This document shows positions 1-64,000 of a stretch of 64,000 bases of DNA, piece by piece. Numbering within the stretch: the first letter of the stretch is position 1; every line of letters starts with the position of its first letter. The notes beneath the pieces were generated by a model. It searched no databases and had not been told where the DNA came from. It saw only the letters and a program-made list of their open reading frames with translations. Both the position numbers and the translations under genes were made by a program. The stretch is from Octopus bimaculoides (Eukaryota): positions 56,750,302 to 56,814,301 of the forward strand of contig NC_068988.1 in the NCBI RefSeq assembly GCF_001194135.2, in the 5' to 3' direction.

Positions 1-45
<45 letters not shown>

Positions 46-1629
46 CAAACACATACACACAAACATAACATTAGGGTTAGGGAAGAAAAGACATTATGAA
101 TACAAATTAAACAGAAATTAATTCAATGTTAACAAAAATAATGCAACACAGTTGAATATTTCTTTATTTATACTGAAGGTCACAGACAGACAGAGAAAGT
201 TGTCAGATTCCAGCTAAAGCATCATGTTATCTATGATAAGTGCAACAACTGCACTGTCATAAAGCTGATGACCAACAAATGACCAGCAAGCAGTACTGCA
301 GTTGGGGAAGATCTAGGGCAAAATTCTTAACACTGACCAGCAAGGCTGTGGGGTTTCTGATGGAGGAGATGACTAAGGACAGGAAGAGGATGGGGAGGCA
401 GTAGTGGACAGAAGATAGCAGTGGTTGAATATGTCTGTCCTTCATGTATCAGTAAAGGCATGGCTGATAATAATTGCTCTTTAAAACAGGAACACGGCTA
501 GCAATTTTGCAGGGTGAGGAAGGGGTTAGTTGATTCAGTATTTGAGTAGTATTTTATTTTACTGACACCTGAGAGATGAAACACAAAGCTGATCCCTGCA
601 GGATTTGAATAATAACAGCAACAATAAGAACACTCCATGTCTCAGAAAACCTCCACAGGCATGGCTGTGTGGTAAGAAGCTTGCTTCCCAACCACACTGT
701 TCTGGGTTCAGCTCCACTGCATAGCACTTGAGCAAGTATTATCCACTTGTGAATGGATTTGGCAGACAGAAACTGAAAGAAGTCTAAAGAAGCCCATTGT
801 GTGTTTATGTCCCTGTTACTTAGCCATTCGACGAAAGAGACCAATAGGACAAGTACCAGGCTTAAGGAAACAAAAAAGAATTCTCCAAGGTAGTGCCCTA
901 GCATGGTCACAGTCTAATGACTGAAACAAGTAAAAGGTAAAAGATGTATTTTTATTAATCTTTCTCTTCCTCTTTCATAAAATTAAATTCCAAAAGAGAT
1001 TAAGCAAATCGTAAAACTGCCTTTGAAAGACAAATATTAGCAACAGGTGGAATATTGCAGTATTCTAATAATACATTCACAATAAGCAGGATATAAAGAT
1101 TGTTTTGGAAAAGTCTACCAGTGCTAAATCCATCAGGTGCCAGAAAATCAGTTTCAGAAATTTCTTCGTAGACTAAATCCTCTTAAAATTCTCAATTAAG
1201 AGCTCGTTTTTCTGGTTGGATCTCCTTATTACTTACTGATGCCAAGCTTTCTCTACTTTTGGAAATATTTCACAAGCATATAATAAAACTACGAATATAG
1301 AATTAACACAAAATTTATTAAAAAACAGATTTGTACCAAATAATCATGCTATTTGTCACTATTTCTCATGGAACTCTTAAGAACCTTCCATGGAACACAA
1401 GGGTTTCAGGAGACTCCAGTTGGAAAATATTGCGACAGCAGTGTGATTTGAGGGAGATTTCATTATTTTTACCTGGTTGAGTAACTATAAACTGACCACC
1501 TCGGTGACTTAAGTAAATGACCATGATGATACCTGTAAACTCAAATTCCAATCCAATCTATACATATCTTATAAAATGCAAACCAGTTTGCTATAGTAGA
1601 TGTTCATAAATATCAAAATCAATTATTTA

Positions 1630-60777
<59,148 letters not shown>

Positions 60778-62067
60778 CTGCAAAAGAAAGCAATGAATTG
60801 TATTTGTGAGAGCGTGCGTATATTTACATACACACACACACACACATATATATATGTATATATATATATGACTGTCTGTATGTATGTGTATCTTAAAAAA
60901 AAGTTTTGCAAAGAATTTTTGTTACAGTCACAATATTTGAAGAAAGATTTTCTTAAATTAAAAGTTATTAACGATATAAAGAGAATCTTGAAAAAAAACC
61001 CCAAAAAACAAACAAGCAAAAAGAAAGAAAATACCAGAACGAAGCAAGCTTTTTAGAAACAAGTTTTCATACTGTGTATAAGTGCTTTCACTGTTCACAG
61101 TTTTTCAAACACATGTTATAGGGTAATCTGTATATATGGCTGATTCCATAAGATGTGTGTTTGAAAAGCTGTAAACAGTGAAAGCGCATTAACACTATGT
61201 GAAAACTTTCTCCCAAAATGTTCATGTCATTGTTCTTTTAAGATTCTTTTTATACAATTAATAATTTTTAATTTAAGAAAATCTTTGTTCAGATACATAC
61301 ACACACACACACACACACACATGAAGAAACAGACAAATAGATAGACAAACAGATAAATAGATAGATAGGTAGATAAACACACAGAAAGATAGATAGATAT
61401 AGATAAATGCAGAGAATGCAGAGAAAGATGGAATACTAGATGTGATACAAAGGAGAGATATGCAACATGTCAAGAAGAAATTTAAATAAAATAAATGTTC
61501 TACGTAGACAATCTTGTAATAAAAAAATAGTTTTTCTTGCTGCTTCTACAGTTTAATACTTGATGAATTTCACAGCAAGTCATCTCAATAAATTGATAAC
61601 AGCTTTTACACTAAAGAAATTATGTGAAACACCCTAAGAAGAGGATCCTTATTGTAACAGATGTACATATGTATACATAGAAAGATAGATACATACTTAT
61701 AGATGCATACAAATAGATACATACATATATATAGATAGGTACATACATAGACACGTGTGTATGTATGCATGTGCTTATATGCATATTATTTCATAAATCT
61801 TAAAATACCAAATAAATTTTCTGTAAATGTGTGTGTGTGCATGTATGTGTGTGTACATATACATATTTATGACTCATCCCCCACAGCAGAATCGATACTG
61901 GTGCTGGTGCCACATAAAAAGCACTCTGTACACACTGTAAAGTGGTTAGCATTAGGAAGGGCATCTAGTCATAGAATCCATACCAGAACAGATGATGGAG
62001 CCTAATGCAAGCCCCAACCTTTATGAACTCCAATCAAACCATCCAACCCACGCCAGTATGGAAAATA

Positions 62068-62106
<39 letters not shown>

Positions 62107-63259
62107 AAAACATCAAATTTGGAGAGGATTAGTTAACTCACACGACACTAGCAGCCCTTCTTCCACCTCAACCAAGCACTCCCATTACTGCTCTCCCCTC
62201 ACTCTGCTTCTCAGACCAACAATCAAGCTCTCAGCCTTTCTTGCCTCATAACCCATCGCTGTCACTCTCTACACCTCTTTTATTCACTGCAATAATGCAC
62301 CCTCTACATCCTGTCTCCACCTACTAACTTTTTTTCTTCTTCTTTCTCACCCCTACCAGCCTTTATAATATTTTACAACTTTGTAAGCAACTCTTGTCTG
62401 AAACATTAGACATTTCCACTGCTCAGGATAACCAAAACTTAACAATTACCAAAGTTTGCTGAACTATTCTTGACTGATCTATTTCACCAATGTTTTCTCT
62501 CACACTCCCACTTATTTGCCTACCCACTAGTACCATTTCCCACTCTCCTCCCTGCATCTTAGGGGTAAACTCCAACACACCTTCAGCACCATCTTCCTCC
62601 TCTTCCAACTAGAGTTACCATGTATCTTGCCAACAGCAGCACACCCGTTTCTGTCCCCATCAACCATACTTTAGCACAGTGCTCTGCAACCCTTTTTTTT
62701 ACTTGCGGTACACTTAATTCTTTTTAAGATTCGGCGGCACACCTGAACTAAAAATATAACTAAAAGTAAAGGGGAAAAAATTATATTCAGGTTACAACGT
62801 GGCACCAGGTTACACCGCAGCATACCGGTTGTGGAGCACTGCTTTAGCATATCATCACTTGACATAAAGCCACTTTCCTCAATACTACCCACCCTGACCT
62901 CAGCTGAGGAAATAAGTACAGGGGTCAATTCATTTGACTAAATATTCTTCAAGGCAGTGCCACAAGATGGCTGAAGCCTAATGACTGAAACAAGTAAAAG
63001 ATAAAAGGCAAAAGAATGCAAAAACATAAGTAGTGAGAGGAATTTTATTGCAATACATTCCATATCTCAGGAAATTCCAATACAAACATTATTGCATGTC
63101 TTCATTAATCTCTTACTTTTGCTTTCGTAAAGTTATATTTCATAAGAGGTTAAATGAATTGTAAAACTGTTTTTGAAAGGTTTGCCAGAAAAGTTTAAGA
63201 AATTTTGCTTTAACATTTTAACATTTTGCTTAACCCTTTAACATTTAAATGGTCCATAT

Positions 63260-63650
63260 GTTGTTTGTTGTTGGCACTCCGTCGCTTACGACGTCGAGGG
63301 TTCCAGTTGATCCGATCAACGAAACAGCCTGCTCGTGAAATTAACGTGCAAGTGGCTGAGCACTCCACAGACATGTGTACCCTTAACGTAGTTCTCGGGA
63401 ATATTCAGTGTGACACAGTGTGACAAGGCTGACCCTTTGAATTACAGGCACAACAGAAACAGGAAGTAAGAGTAAGAGATGGTTGTGGTGGAAGAGTACA
63501 GCAGGGTTCACCACCATCCCCTGCTGGAGCCTCGTGGAGTATTAGGTGTTTTCGCTCAATAAACACTCACAACGCCCGGTCTGGGAATCAAAACCGCAAT
63601 CCTATGACCATGAGTCCGCTGCCCTAACCACTGGGCCATTGCACCTCCAC
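63260..63650 (-). mobile_element. tRNA-derived SINE (family B), full length, with 14-bp TSD
   Basis: A-box TGGCCCAGTGG head and (CAA)n tail; TAAATGGTCCATAT at 63246-63259 and 63651-63664. Confidence 0.9.
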
Positions 63651-64000
63651 TAAATGGTCCATATATAACCCAAATATCCTACCTGTTTTAGCCAGATCTG
63701 TCCTCTCATATGTACCCTACTATATCATTCTCAAAATAAGCAATCACATCATTCAACTCTCAAAGCTATGAGATAATGCGTAATTAATTCAAAACAGTGT
63801 GAATAAATAAGTATTACATTTGACAGAGTAACCTGAATGCTAAAAGGTCAAACCAGTGGGTGGTAGCATATTTTATACTGTCTATGCATGTATAGGTTTG
63901 GTGCACTAGCTTACCAGACATGCCCAACTCCTGCAAGCATGAAGGAAAAAAAATTGAACGTGAAAGGATGGGTGATGATGGAAAAGATTAGACTATATAA

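Overview
Eukaryotic, AT-rich, gapped scaffold window packed with microsatellites, tRNA-headed SINEs, LINE relics and DNA-transposon derivatives. The repeat landscape suggests an octopus/coleoid cephalopod (inference). Nearly the whole window is the interior of one minus-strand gene, a G protein-coupled receptor kinase of the GRK4/5/6 subfamily (GRK5-like, Drosophila Gprk2-like). I traced nine complete GT-AG exons plus a tenth that runs into an N gap: 60674-60777, 33942-34034, 23299-23503, 15309-15499, 12193-12230, 11897-11986, (gap)-8776, 7581-7700, 4045-4182, 1690-1827. Their phases join into one frame covering the end of the RH domain, the kinase domain and the AGC C-tail. The first and last exons were not found and probably lie outside the window. 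The introns hold Tc1/mariner relics and MITEs, piggyBac-like MITEs, RTE and CR1-type LINE fragments, several SINE families and minisatellites. The best leads are all unverified: a candidate internal first exon (14205-14317) in frame with the catalytic-loop exon, a candidate alternative terminal exon (42542-42728), a pre-miRNA-sized hairpin (52773-52837), and inverted repeats bracketing kinase exons (possible dsRNA editing or back-splicing). No prokaryote-type system (CRISPR, operon) is present. Repeat boundaries are approximate; exon boundaries were read base by base.
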